A program made the position numbers and the translations under genes. Below are positions 29,641 to 38,946 of a DNA stretch of 56,566 nt, one piece after another. The notes under the pieces were generated by a model that did not search any database, had not been told where the DNA came from, and was given only the letters and a program-made list of their open reading frames with translations. Numbering within the stretch: the first letter of the stretch is position 1; the number at the start of each line of letters is the position of its first letter. Source of the DNA: an uncultured Gudongella sp. (GTDB lineage: Bacteria; Bacillota; Clostridia; Tissierellales; Tissierellaceae); the NCBI GenBank assembly GCA_964604145.1, contig CAZRXS010000001.1, forward strand, positions 1-56,566, in the 5' to 3' direction.

Positions 29641-30230
29641 CTACCAATTCTATTTTCTGTCCTATTTATCAATCTTTTAATGTTATTTTTATGTCTATAA
29701 GAGCCTAATAAAAACAATAAAAAATATGTTAACTGAGTATATATGTCAGTAGTCACAATCCCAGAAAACGATAATATAAAATTAACGGCTAAAAAAACAA
29801 GTGAGCCCAATGAAACATATCTCGATATAGCTGCGACACTAACACCGATTAAAACACCTATAAGGGTCAACTGAAATTGTAAAACTGCCAAACTTGCTAT
29901 AGTGGTTGCAATGCCTTTTCCACCTTTAAATCTAAAAAACACGGGCCAGTTATGTCCAATAACTACAAATAAGCTAGCCAATAAGCCACCATAGTATCCA
30001 TATAAGTATATCCCAACTAGGGCTGCAACAATGCCTTTTAAAAAGTCTAAAGCAAATGTCAATAAACCGAATTTTCGGCCCATCACTCTCATTGCATTAG
30101 TTGTACCGGGATTCCCACTTCCAAGTTTTCTTATATCTATTTTTTTAAATACTCTCCCAATTACATATGCAGATGAAAAGCTGCCAATCAAATATGCAAA
30201 TACAGGAACTAAAAATAGACGCATCATCAT
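29637..30230 (-). CDS. plsY: Glycerol-3-phosphate acyltransferase PlsY
   Basis: GSGNPGTTN, GHNWP, FKGGKGIAT and RHKNNIKRL motifs. Confidence 0.96.
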   Translation of the reverse strand: MMMRLFLVPVFAYLIGSFSSAYVIGRVFKKIDIRKLGSGNPGTTNAMRVMGRKFGLLTFALDFLKGIVAALVGIYLYGYYGGLLASLFVVIGHNWPVFFRFKGGKGIATTIASLAVLQFQLTLIGVLIGVSVAAISRYVSLGSLVFLAVNFILSFSGIVTTDIYTQLTYFLLFLLGSYRHKNNIKRLINRTENRIGR

Positions 30231-31543
30231 TCTCCCTTTTCCCTAAATTCCATTCTTATTGGCGTGCCCACAAATCCAAAATGACCTCGAATCTGATTTT
30301 CTAAGTACCTAGCATATGAGAAGTGGACTAATTTTTTTATATTTACAAATATTACAAACTTTGGTGGTCTTACAGAAACCTGTGTTCCATAGTATATCTT
30401 AGCCCTCTTACCTTTATCAGAAGGTGGTTGATTCATTAATACAGCTTTATTTAAGATTTCATTCAATACTCCTGTACTTATACGTAAATTATAGTTACTA
30501 TTTACTATCTTTATCATTTCTAAAAGTTTATTCACTCTTTTTCCAGTTAATGCTGAGATATAAACAATAGGTGCATACATCATAAATCCAAGCGTCTGTC
30601 TTACATCTTTTTCAAAACTTAGGTATGTCTTTGTATCCTTTTCTACTAAATCCCATTTATTTATTGCAACAATTATTGCTTTTCCGTTATCGTGTGCGTA
30701 TCCTGCTATTTTCGTGTCCTGTTCTGTTAGGCCCATTGTTGCATCAATTACCACAACGCATATATCAGACCTGTCTACAGCAGCTAATGTTCTTACCACC
30801 GAGTATCTCTCAACTTTTTCATCAATATATCTTTTTCTTCTTAAGCCAGCGGTGTCAACAAATATATACTTATCTTCACCTAATTGGAATTGACTGTCAA
30901 TTGAATCTCTTGTAGTGCCAGGTATATCAGTTACTATAACTCTTTCCTCTCCTAAAATATAGTTTATAAGGGATGATTTCCCTGAATTTGGCCTACCAAT
31001 AAATGTTACACGAGCAATATCTTCAGCTTCTTCTGTATCCTTATAATCAGGGAAGTGAGATACCACCGTATCTAACAGGTCTCCTAGTCCCAAAGATTGT
31101 TCTGAAGAAATAATCATGGGCTCACCTAAGCCGAGCTCATATAAATTATAAATATCATCAGGTGCGTGCCTGGTATCAATTTTATTTGCTACCAAAATCA
31201 CATCTTTACCTGATCGTCTTAAAATATTTCCAATCTCAAAATCAGTTGAGGTAAGTCCTTCTATCCCATCTACAACAAATAATATTACATCAGCAGTATC
31301 TATAGCAATATCAGCTTGTTTTCTTATATTATACATTATCATATCGTCTTTTTCAGGCTCTAATCCACCAGTATCAATAATTGTAAAATACTTACCCAAC
31401 CATTCCCCTATGGCGTATACTCTATCTCGTGTTACGCCCGGTTTATCCTCAGTTATGGCAATTCGCTTGCCTGCAATTTTATTAAAGAGTGTAGATTTTC
31501 CTACATTAGGTCTTCCAACTATACAAACAATTGGCCTATTCAT
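30227..31543 (-). CDS. der: Ribosome biogenesis GTPase Der (EngA)
   Basis: Two tandem GTPase domains (GRPNVGKS, GRPNSGKS) and a KH-like C-terminus. Confidence 0.97.
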   Translation of the reverse strand: MNRPIVCIVGRPNVGKSTLFNKIAGKRIAITEDKPGVTRDRVYAIGEWLGKYFTIIDTGGLEPEKDDMIMYNIRKQADIAIDTADVILFVVDGIEGLTSTDFEIGNILRRSGKDVILVANKIDTRHAPDDIYNLYELGLGEPMIISSEQSLGLGDLLDTVVSHFPDYKDTEEAEDIARVTFIGRPNSGKSSLINYILGEERVIVTDIPGTTRDSIDSQFQLGEDKYIFVDTAGLRRKRYIDEKVERYSVVRTLAAVDRSDICVVVIDATMGLTEQDTKIAGYAHDNGKAIIVAINKWDLVEKDTKTYLSFEKDVRQTLGFMMYAPIVYISALTGKRVNKLLEMIKIVNSNYNLRISTGVLNEILNKAVLMNQPPSDKGKRAKIYYGTQVSVRPPKFVIFVNIKKLVHFSYARYLENQIRGHFGFVGTPIRMEFREKGE

Positions 31544-32883
31544 TACTTTACCACCCCGTATTCTATTATATCAATTAATTTATCTCCATCTACTGGAGAT
31601 GTATAGATTTTTTTATTTAGAATTTCAGCTGCTTCTTTTACTGATATATCGTCTAAGAATATATCTTCACCATTTTTTAACATAGAATCCGGTATTAGAA
31701 TACAGTTATAATTATCTAGACTAGATATTTGTTCAATTAAATCTGAACCCGTTATCAAACCAGACACGGTGATAGTTTCCCCAAAGAACTTGTTTTTTAT
31801 TGGAACAACTTTTATTTCAAGATTTTTATACTTTAACATTATTAACTTTGAAATCTCCTGGATAAAATCAAACGCTAAAGTTCCAGTTGCAAAAATGATT
31901 TTATTTGTAAATGATTCTATTTCTTTTTGTTTTTCTAGTCTTTGTACAATTTCAGTTTTAAAAGATCTTAGTAGGCCCACACCATTTTCATATTGTGGAA
32001 ATTCTTCATATTCATCAAAATCTGGTAAAGGTTCTTTAGAAACACAAAAGAATTCATCGCTTGCAAAGACAAATCTTGTACCTAATTGACTTAAGTATTT
32101 GTGTTGCATCCTCTTAATTTGCAAGATCAATTCTTTAGAAAGAGATTTATCAAATACATCAAGTTTTTCTAGGTCTTTTCTATATTTTGTAATTCCAACA
32201 GGCACTATCGCAACTGATGCCACTGATGGATATAAGCCTGATAAATCATTTATAGTATTTTCTAGTTCCATTTTATCATTGACATTTGGTACCAAGACTA
32301 TTTGACAGTTAATTTTAAGATTTGCATTGTGGAATTTTTTTAATATTTCAAATACTTTACCTGCTTTTTTGTTTTTCAACATCTGTACTCTTAACTCAGG
32401 ATTTGTTGTATGAACTGAAACATTTATTGGACTTAATCTATAGTTTATTATTCTATTTATCTCATCATCACTCATATTTGTTAAAGTTATAAAGTTTCCT
32501 TGTAAAAATGAAAGTCTTGAATCATCGTCTTTAAAGTACAATGTATCTCTCATATTAGGAGGTAATTGATCTATAAAACAAAACATACATTTATTCTGGC
32601 AAGTTTTTGCCCTATCAATTAATGGATTAGTAAATATTATTCCTAAATCTTCACCATAATTCTTTTCTACTTCTAGTTCCCAGATCTCTCCATTGCTCTT
32701 TTCAACTTCAAAAGTTAAATACTCATCAGCAACGAGGTATTTATAATCAATAACATCTTTTATATTTTGTTCATTTATGCTAAGTAAAATATCTCCAGCT
32801 TCAATACCCATTTCATCCGCTAGGCTACCTAAGATGATATCTTCGATAATATTTCGTGTTTCTTTTGTATTTTTAATTTCCAT
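31543..32883 (-). CDS. PDZ + radical SAM-like DUF512 protein
   Basis: N-terminal PDZ-like segment, CQNKCMFC, KDDDSRLSFLQGN and QYENGVG motifs; conserved upstream of der. Confidence 0.88.
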   Translation of the reverse strand: MEIKNTKETRNIIEDIILGSLADEMGIEAGDILLSINEQNIKDVIDYKYLVADEYLTFEVEKSNGEIWELEVEKNYGEDLGIIFTNPLIDRAKTCQNKCMFCFIDQLPPNMRDTLYFKDDDSRLSFLQGNFITLTNMSDDEINRIINYRLSPINVSVHTTNPELRVQMLKNKKAGKVFEILKKFHNANLKINCQIVLVPNVNDKMELENTINDLSGLYPSVASVAIVPVGITKYRKDLEKLDVFDKSLSKELILQIKRMQHKYLSQLGTRFVFASDEFFCVSKEPLPDFDEYEEFPQYENGVGLLRSFKTEIVQRLEKQKEIESFTNKIIFATGTLAFDFIQEISKLIMLKYKNLEIKVVPIKNKFFGETITVSGLITGSDLIEQISSLDNYNCILIPDSMLKNGEDIFLDDISVKEAAEILNKKIYTSPVDGDKLIDIIEYGVVK

Positions 32884-32910
32884 AATTACCACCCAAGTTT
32901 ATAAATATAT

Positions 32911-32934
32911 TGGCCTACAGCTTTCTGTAGGCCA
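32911..32934 (-). terminator. Probable terminator after glyA
   Basis: TGGCCTACAG-CTTT-CTGTAGGCCA perfect 10-bp stem; weak U tail. Confidence 0.6.
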
Positions 32935-32945
32935 TAAATTGTTAA

Positions 32946-34175
32946 TTAATACAGAGGAAACTTTTTACAAAGTTCATGTACTTTTGTCTTGATTTTTTCT
33001 TTATCAGTATCTTCTCTTAATGCTTGTGACATTAGCGATACAATTAACTTCATTTCAGATTCTCCCATGCCCCTAGTTGTCATAGCAGCTGTACCTACGC
33101 GAACACCACTAGTTACAAAAGGGCTTTCTGGCTCATTTGGAATGGTGTTTTTATTTGTCGCTATACCTACATCATTTAACATTTTTTCTGCAACTTTTCC
33201 TGTTAGTCCCTTGTTTCTAACATCTATTAAAATTAAATGAGTATCGGTACCACCTGAAACCAATCTAAATCCTTCATCAAGAAGTGCACTAGCCATTGTC
33301 TTTGTATTGTCGATTACTGATTTCTGATATACTTTAAAATCATCTTGCAAAGCTTCTCCAAATGCAACAGCTTTTGCTGCTATTACATGCATTAATGGTC
33401 CACCTTGTATTCCAGGGAATATTGCTTTATCGATTTTTTTAGCATATTCTGCTTTGCAAAGTATAGCTCCACCTCTTGGACCACGAAGCGTTTTGTGTGT
33501 TGTTGTTGTTACAAAATCAGCATATGGCACTGGGTTTTGATGCAAATTAGCAGCTATCAAACCTGCAATATGGGCCATATCAACCATCAAATATGCTCCT
33601 ACTTTATCTGCGATTTCTCTAAATTTTTTAAAATCTATTTCTCTTGGATATGCACTTGCTCCTGCTACTATCATTTTAGGCTTTTCTCTTTTTGCAATTT
33701 CCATTACTTTATCATAATCTATTGTTTCAGTCTTATAATCTACTCCATAATCTACAAAATTATAATAAGATCCCGAAATATTGACAGGGCTTCCGTGAGT
33801 AAGATGACCACCTTCAGAAAGTCTCATACCTAGAACTTTATCTCCAGGCCTTAAGAATGCAAAATATACAGCTAAATTAGCATTTGATCCTGAGTGAGGC
33901 TGAACATTAGCATGGTCTGCACCAAATATTTTTTTTAATCTTTCTATAGCAAGTTCTTCAACTAAATCTACAACTTCACAACCACCATAATATCTCTTAT
34001 TGGGATAGCCTTCTGCATACTTATTTGTTAATTGACTTCCCATTGCCTCCATTACTCCCTCTGAAACAAAGTTTTCAGATGCTATTAGTTCAATATGTTG
34101 ATTTTGCCTATCGATCTCTCTTTGAATTATATCCATTACTTTAGGATCTGCAAAAGCTAACTTTCTAAAATCCAT
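32946..34175 (-). CDS. glyA: Serine hydroxymethyltransferase
   Basis: [21 protein letters not shown] and [13 protein letters not shown] motifs. Confidence 0.98.
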   Translation of the reverse strand: MDFRKLAFADPKVMDIIQREIDRQNQHIELIASENFVSEGVMEAMGSQLTNKYAEGYPNKRYYGGCEVVDLVEELAIERLKKIFGADHANVQPHSGSNANLAVYFAFLRPGDKVLGMRLSEGGHLTHGSPVNISGSYYNFVDYGVDYKTETIDYDKVMEIAKREKPKMIVAGASAYPREIDFKKFREIADKVGAYLMVDMAHIAGLIAANLHQNPVPYADFVTTTTHKTLRGPRGGAILCKAEYAKKIDKAIFPGIQGGPLMHVIAAKAVAFGEALQDDFKVYQKSVIDNTKTMASALLDEGFRLVSGGTDTHLILIDVRNKGLTGKVAEKMLNDVGIATNKNTIPNEPESPFVTSGVRVGTAAMTTRGMGESEMKLIVSLMSQALREDTDKEKIKTKVHELCKKFPLY

Positions 34176-34238
34176 TCTTTATCTCCTTTCAAATTTAGTG
34201 ATTATAAGATATCTAGCATTATCTCTTTATCACTTAAG

Positions 34239-34493
34239 TTATTTTGTATACTTTAACATCACTTGTATCAACTTTTCAAGATCTTCTTCAGTACTATTAG
34301 GGGAATCTGAAATGCAGTTTTTCATATAGTTTTCTAGCACTATTCCACCTACACTATTTAATGCACTTCTTGCTGCAGATATCTGTATTAAAATATCCCC
34401 ACAATACTTCTTCTCTTGAATCATCCTTTGAATGCCTTTTATTTGTCCCTCTATTTTCCTTAACCTTATTAGTGTATTGTCATTATCTATCAC
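34239..34493 (-). CDS. CsoR/RcnR family metal/sulfur-sensing repressor
   Basis: RLRKIEGQIKGIQRMI...YC.DIL.QISA.RSAL; Cys present, Y at the usual His position (ENYMKNC). Confidence 0.85.
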   Translation of the reverse strand: MIDNDNTLIRLRKIEGQIKGIQRMIQEKKYCGDILIQISAARSALNSVGGIVLENYMKNCISDSPNSTEEDLEKLIQVMLKYTK

Positions 34494-34505
34494 AACAATT
34501 CCTCC

Positions 34506-34928
34506 CTACAATTTTCTTGTCATAACAATAACACTTTCATCTTTTTTAGCGAATTTTCTATCTATAATTCTTACTACAAAAAATGATATTGCAAGGAAAA
34601 TTATTCCCATACCAAAACTTAATAACTCATAATTTGTAGTGTTCATATTTTCAAATACCAAATTTCCGATAACAATTCCTATTATGAGAAAAATAAAAGG
34701 TATAGAATATATTATTGTTATATACTTCATTACACTCTTTTTTATAGCTTTTAGTTCTACAAAGTCTCCTGGTTTTGCGTCGATATTGTTCTTTAAAGTA
34801 AGGTAATGCGGTTTCACTTCACAAGAACTTGCACACGACTGGCAAGAACCGCAACCAGATGGACGTCTTACTTCTAGTTCTACTTTATTATTTTCAATTT
34901 CTCTTGTAACTATTCCTATTTGATCCAT
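34506..34928 (-). CDS. RseC/MucC family membrane protein
   Basis: R.SGCGSCQSCASSC Cys cluster, AKPGDFVEL, Y.IP and two C-terminal TM helices. Confidence 0.82.
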   Translation of the reverse strand: MDQIGIVTREIENNKVELEVRRPSGCGSCQSCASSCEVKPHYLTLKNNIDAKPGDFVELKAIKKSVMKYITIIYSIPFIFLIIGIVIGNLVFENMNTTNYELLSFGMGIIFLAISFFVVRIIDRKFAKKDESVIVMTRKL

Positions 34929-34941
34929 AATAATTTTCCTC

Positions 34942-35643
34942 CTATTTAATCAAATCTTTTACTACCTCAGAAGATATTATAAGCCCTACAACTGGTGGGA
35001 CAAATGATACGCTAGCAGGTATTAATTTCTTATTTGACCTATCCATTAAACTAGTTTTTATGGGTTCTTCTTGTGAATAAACAACTTTTAAATTAGAAAT
35101 GCCAATTTTTCTTAATTCATGTCGCATTATTCTTGCCAGAGGGCATATTTTAGTTTTATATATATCTGAAACTAAAAAATCAGTAGGGTTTAATTTGTTG
35201 CCTGCTCCCATAGAACTTATTATAGGTATACCCAATTTCTTTGCGTTTTTAACTAGTTCAATCTTGGAAGAAACCATATCGACTGCATCAATAATGTAAT
35301 CATAATCCTCATAGCAGAACCTATCACTGGTATGGTATGAATATTTGAGATTACAAGACACTATTTTAATATCAGGATTAATTTCTATTAGTCTATTTTT
35401 CATAGCTTCAACCTTAGAAATACCAATTGTCTTTGAAGTTGCATGGACTTGTCTATTGATATTTGTAACATCTATTATATCATAATCTACTAAAACAAGT
35501 TTGCCTACCCCAGACCTGGTTAAGCTTTCTGCAGCATAGGAGCCAACTCCTCCAATTCCAAATACAGCAACACAAGAATCTGCAAGCTTTTGAATTGCAT
35601 CTTTCCCTAAAAGCAATTCACTTCTATGCAGCCAATTATTCAT
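34942..35643 (-). CDS. tcdA: tRNA threonylcarbamoyladenosine dehydratase (ThiF family)
   Basis: GIGGVGS, TNINRQ, SSMGAG, CPLAR..R and VVYS.E motifs. Confidence 0.9.
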   Translation of the reverse strand: MNNWLHRSELLLGKDAIQKLADSCVAVFGIGGVGSYAAESLTRSGVGKLVLVDYDIIDVTNINRQVHATSKTIGISKVEAMKNRLIEINPDIKIVSCNLKYSYHTSDRFCYEDYDYIIDAVDMVSSKIELVKNAKKLGIPIISSMGAGNKLNPTDFLVSDIYKTKICPLARIMRHELRKIGISNLKVVYSQEEPIKTSLMDRSNKKLIPASVSFVPPVVGLIISSEVVKDLIK

Positions 35644-37420
35644 TGTCTAAATCTACCTTTATATGTATCTCAGATAATTGTTTATCTGAGACCATTGTAG
35701 GTGAATTAGTCATTAGGCAAGTAGCAGATTGAGTTTTAGGGAAAGCAATAACATCTCTAATATTAGTATTCCCAGTAAATAGCATTACAAGTCTATCTAA
35801 TCCAAATGCAATACCACCATGAGGAGGTGTTCCGTATTTAAATGCTTCAAGTAGAAAGCCAAACTTATCTAAACTCTCTTCTTCCGATAAGCCTAAAGTT
35901 TTGAACATTTTTTTCTGCAAATCTGAATTGCTAATCCTAATACTTCCACCACCCATTTCATCGCCATTTATTACTAAGTCATAAGCTTTTGCTCTGACCT
36001 TTTCTGGATAGGCTTCCAATAGGTTAATATCCTCATCAACTGGATGTGTAAATGGATGATGTTTTGCGACATATCTATTTTCTTCAGAGTCATACTCAAA
36101 AAGAGGAAATTCTGTTATCCAAAGTATTTCATATTTATCATCATTTATTAGATTTAGTTTTTTAGCAAGTTCATTTCTTAAATTACCAAGACTGCTGCTT
36201 ACAATTTCAAAAGTATCTGCAACAATTACTATTGTATCTCCAGCTTTAGCATTCATATTTATTAACAAATTGTCTAACTCTAATTCGCTTAAAAATTTAG
36301 CAATTGGCGAAGTCACACCTTCTTCGTTTACTTTAATCCAAGCAAGACCTTTGGCACCATAAGTTTTTACATAATCTTCAAGCTTAGATAAGTCTTTTCT
36401 AGTTAAATTTTCGGAACCACCTTTTATATTAATCCCTTTTACTACTCCGCCATTTTTAATTGTAGTTGAAAAAACTTTAAATTCACTCATCTTTACTATT
36501 TCGGAAATATCTTTAAGTTCTAAAGCAAATCTTAAATCCGGTTTATCCACACCATATTTTTCTATTGCTTCATTATAAGACATTCTTTTTAAAGGCAGAG
36601 CTATATCTATTCCCTTTAACTCTTTAAATAGCTTAGCAATTAGTTTTTCATTTATAGATAATACATCCTCAACATCTACAAAGCTCATTTCAATATCAAT
36701 CTGTGTGAATTCTGGCTGCCTATTAGACCTTAGATCTTCATCTCTAAAGCACCTTACTATCTGATAGTACCTGTCCATCCCAGACACCATTAAAAGCTGC
36801 TTAAGCAACTGTGGTGATTGTGGTAAAGCATAAAACAGTCCTTTGTTTACCCTGCTTGGTACAAGATAATCTCTGGCACCTTCTGGTGTAGGTTTTGTTA
36901 ATACAGGTGTTTCAATTTCAATAAAATTATTATCATTGAAAAAGTCACGGACTATTTTTGAAAGCCTAGCTCTCGTTTTTAAATTATTTTGCATCTCTGG
37001 TTTTCTCAAATCTAAATAACGATATTTTAATCTCATTGCTTCACTGACATTATCATCATCTTTTATATAGATAGGTGGAGTTTCGGCCTCATCTAATATT
37101 AATAATTCATCTGCTAAAATTTCTATATCACCAGTTGCAATATTTGGATTCTTGGATTGTCTTTCTCTAACCTTACCTTTTATTGCTATAACATACTCTG
37201 GTCTTAAAGTCTCTGCTTTTTTAATTATATGTTCTGAACTGGTTTCATCAAAAACTATTTGGGTAATTCCACTTGTATCTCGTAAATCTATAAATATAAG
37301 CCCTCCTAAATTTCTTTCACGCTGGACCCAACCCATTAAAACAACCTCTTGACCTTTATTTTTTATGCTTAATTCGCCACACATATTAGTTCTTCTTAAA
37401 CTTCCCATTTTATCACTCAT
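35636..37420 (-). CDS. aspS: Aspartate--tRNA ligase
   Basis: FIDLRD, TPEGARDY, LPQSPQ, CFRDEDLR..RQPEFTQID and PPHGGIAFGLDR motifs; ATG 37420 after AAGGGGG. Confidence 0.97.
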   Translation of the reverse strand: MSDKMGSLRRTNMCGELSIKNKGQEVVLMGWVQRERNLGGLIFIDLRDTSGITQIVFDETSSEHIIKKAETLRPEYVIAIKGKVRERQSKNPNIATGDIEILADELLILDEAETPPIYIKDDDNVSEAMRLKYRYLDLRKPEMQNNLKTRARLSKIVRDFFNDNNFIEIETPVLTKPTPEGARDYLVPSRVNKGLFYALPQSPQLLKQLLMVSGMDRYYQIVRCFRDEDLRSNRQPEFTQIDIEMSFVDVEDVLSINEKLIAKLFKELKGIDIALPLKRMSYNEAIEKYGVDKPDLRFALELKDISEIVKMSEFKVFSTTIKNGGVVKGINIKGGSENLTRKDLSKLEDYVKTYGAKGLAWIKVNEEGVTSPIAKFLSELELDNLLINMNAKAGDTIVIVADTFEIVSSSLGNLRNELAKKLNLINDDKYEILWITEFPLFEYDSEENRYVAKHHPFTHPVDEDINLLEAYPEKVRAKAYDLVINGDEMGGGSIRISNSDLQKKMFKTLGLSEEESLDKFGFLLEAFKYGTPPHGGIAFGLDRLVMLFTGNTNIRDVIAFPKTQSATCLMTNSPTMVSDKQLSEIHIKVDLDNE

Positions 37421-37436
37421 CTTTATCCCCCTTGAA

Positions 37437-37479
37437 TAAAATAAAAAACCTCTCATTGCTGATTTTCAGGAACGAAAGG
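37437..37479 (-). terminator. T-box-type terminator hairpin directly upstream of aspS
   Basis: Minus strand CCTTTCGTTCCTGA-AAA-TCAGCAATGAGAGG-TTTTTTATTT; resembles the asnA T-box terminator in this window. Confidence 0.65.
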
Positions 37480-37841
37480 ATATCTCTTTTCAATCTTATC
37501 TATCTCCTGATTCTTTTTCCATACTTGAAAATCTAATTTATTAGTATAGTCCTCTAGGTTTTTATAATTAGGCAATCTATGCAATTTATCTAGGTCTTTA
37601 TTGTATATTTTACTTACTGCTCCCATTCCAACTCCAATATCGTTTCTTTTTCTTCCATAATAGAAATATTATAAATGCAAATACTATCTTTAGATGAATA
37701 GCCTACATTTTAAAAATTTCCTAAAGTGTTTTTTTGTCGATATAAATAACAAGGATCAAGCTTCATATTATAAAAGGCATGTGCAAGTTCATAAATTTCG
37801 TGCTCACTTAAAATGTTGTCCTTATTTATAATCCATATCAT
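37453..37841 (-). pseudogene. hemZ: hemZ (HemN-like radical SAM) remnant
   Basis: Not in the ORF track. My translation: MIWIINKDNILSEHEIYELAHAFYNMKLDPCYLYRQKNTLGNF*NVGYSSKDSICIYNISIMEEKETIL, frameshift, GVGMGAVSKIYNKD...; matches the HemZ C-terminal PYYLYRQK..LGNLENVGY...YNI.IMEE.QTI...G.GA.SK; expected position after the MBL gene. Confidence 0.82.
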
Positions 37842-37846
37842 CTTAA

Positions 37847-38476
37847 TTACATATCCCTCAGGAAAGGATTTGTCATTTTTTCTTTTTTTAGTGTACTTAC
37901 CCCTCCATGCCCGGGGTATATAATAGTGTTATCTGGTAGTTGTAATAATTTATTTTTAATGCTAGCCATTAAGCTATCATAATCCCCGCCGAATAAATCA
38001 GTTCTACCGATAGAGCCCTCAAATAAAGTATCCCCCGTAATTAAGATTCCTGGGTAATATAAGCATATACCACCTTCAGTATGTCCAGGGGTGTGAATTA
38101 CCTTTAAATACTTATCGCCAAATTCAATTTTATCTCCATCTTTTAAAAGAGTATCTGCTTCGAAACTAATGGCACCCATTGCCATATTCCCAGAAAGGTT
38201 TAAAGCATGGTTCTTTACCATTTCAAGATCATCTTTATGAATCATAACTGGAATATTAAAATGTTTTTTAATTGAGATTACTGCCCCTATATGGTCAGCA
38301 TGACCATGGGTGAGGACAATATATTTCGCATTTAATTGGTTATTATTTATTTCTTCTATTATTGATTTAAAATCTCCACCTGGATCTACAATTATAGCTT
38401 CTTTCTTTTCATCTTCAGTATATACTAAATAGCAATTAGCAGCATAGATACCTGCAATTATTCTCTTTATTTTCAT
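37847..38476 (-). CDS. MBL-fold metallo-hydrolase (glyoxalase II-like)
   Basis: THGHADHIG, HTPGHT, GDTLF..SIGRTD and YPGHG motifs; start ATG 38476. Confidence 0.92.
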   Translation of the reverse strand: MKIKRIIAGIYAANCYLVYTEDEKKEAIIVDPGGDFKSIIEEINNNQLNAKYIVLTHGHADHIGAVISIKKHFNIPVMIHKDDLEMVKNHALNLSGNMAMGAISFEADTLLKDGDKIEFGDKYLKVIHTPGHTEGGICLYYPGILITGDTLFEGSIGRTDLFGGDYDSLMASIKNKLLQLPDNTIIYPGHGGVSTLKKEKMTNPFLRDM

Positions 38477-38486
38477 CTTTATCCCC

Positions 38487-38936
38487 CTAAAATAGCTTCT
38501 TACTATCCAATAAAATAGTAACTGGCCCATCATTTATATACTCAACTTCCATATTAGCTCCAAAGTCTCCAGTTTGGGCATCAATGCCTATTTCCTTAAT
38601 TTTATCTACAAAAATATTATAATATTCTTTTCCCATATTCGGATCAGCTGAATCTGAAAAACTAGGCCGTTTACCTTTTCGCATATCTCCATAAAGAGTA
38701 AACTGAGGTATAATTAATACTTGACCATCAATATCCAATACTGACAGATTCATTTTATTATTATTATCCTCGAATATTCTTAAACCTAAAACTTTATTTG
38801 CCAAATAGCTTATATCAGAAGGGCTATCTGATTTTCCTACTCCTAAATAAACTAAAAGACCTTTTTCAATCTTTCCTATTGTTATATCATTAACACTAAC
38901 GCTAGCCTTTTTTACTCTTTGAACCACAGCACGCAT
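38487..38936 (-). CDS. dtd: D-aminoacyl-tRNA deacylase
   Basis: [18 protein letters not shown] and NDGPVT motifs; start ATG 38936. Confidence 0.96.
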   Translation of the reverse strand: MRAVVQRVKKASVSVNDITIGKIEKGLLVYLGVGKSDSPSDISYLANKVLGLRIFEDNNNKMNLSVLDIDGQVLIIPQFTLYGDMRKGKRPSFSDSADPNMGKEYYNIFVDKIKEIGIDAQTGDFGANMEVEYINDGPVTILLDSKKLF

Positions 38937-38946
38937 CCCTAACCTC

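Noticed and set aside
35636-37420. Calling AspS discriminating or non-discriminating from its N-terminal residues
   Set aside because: The residue rules are unreliable in Firmicutes and cannot be decided from this sequence
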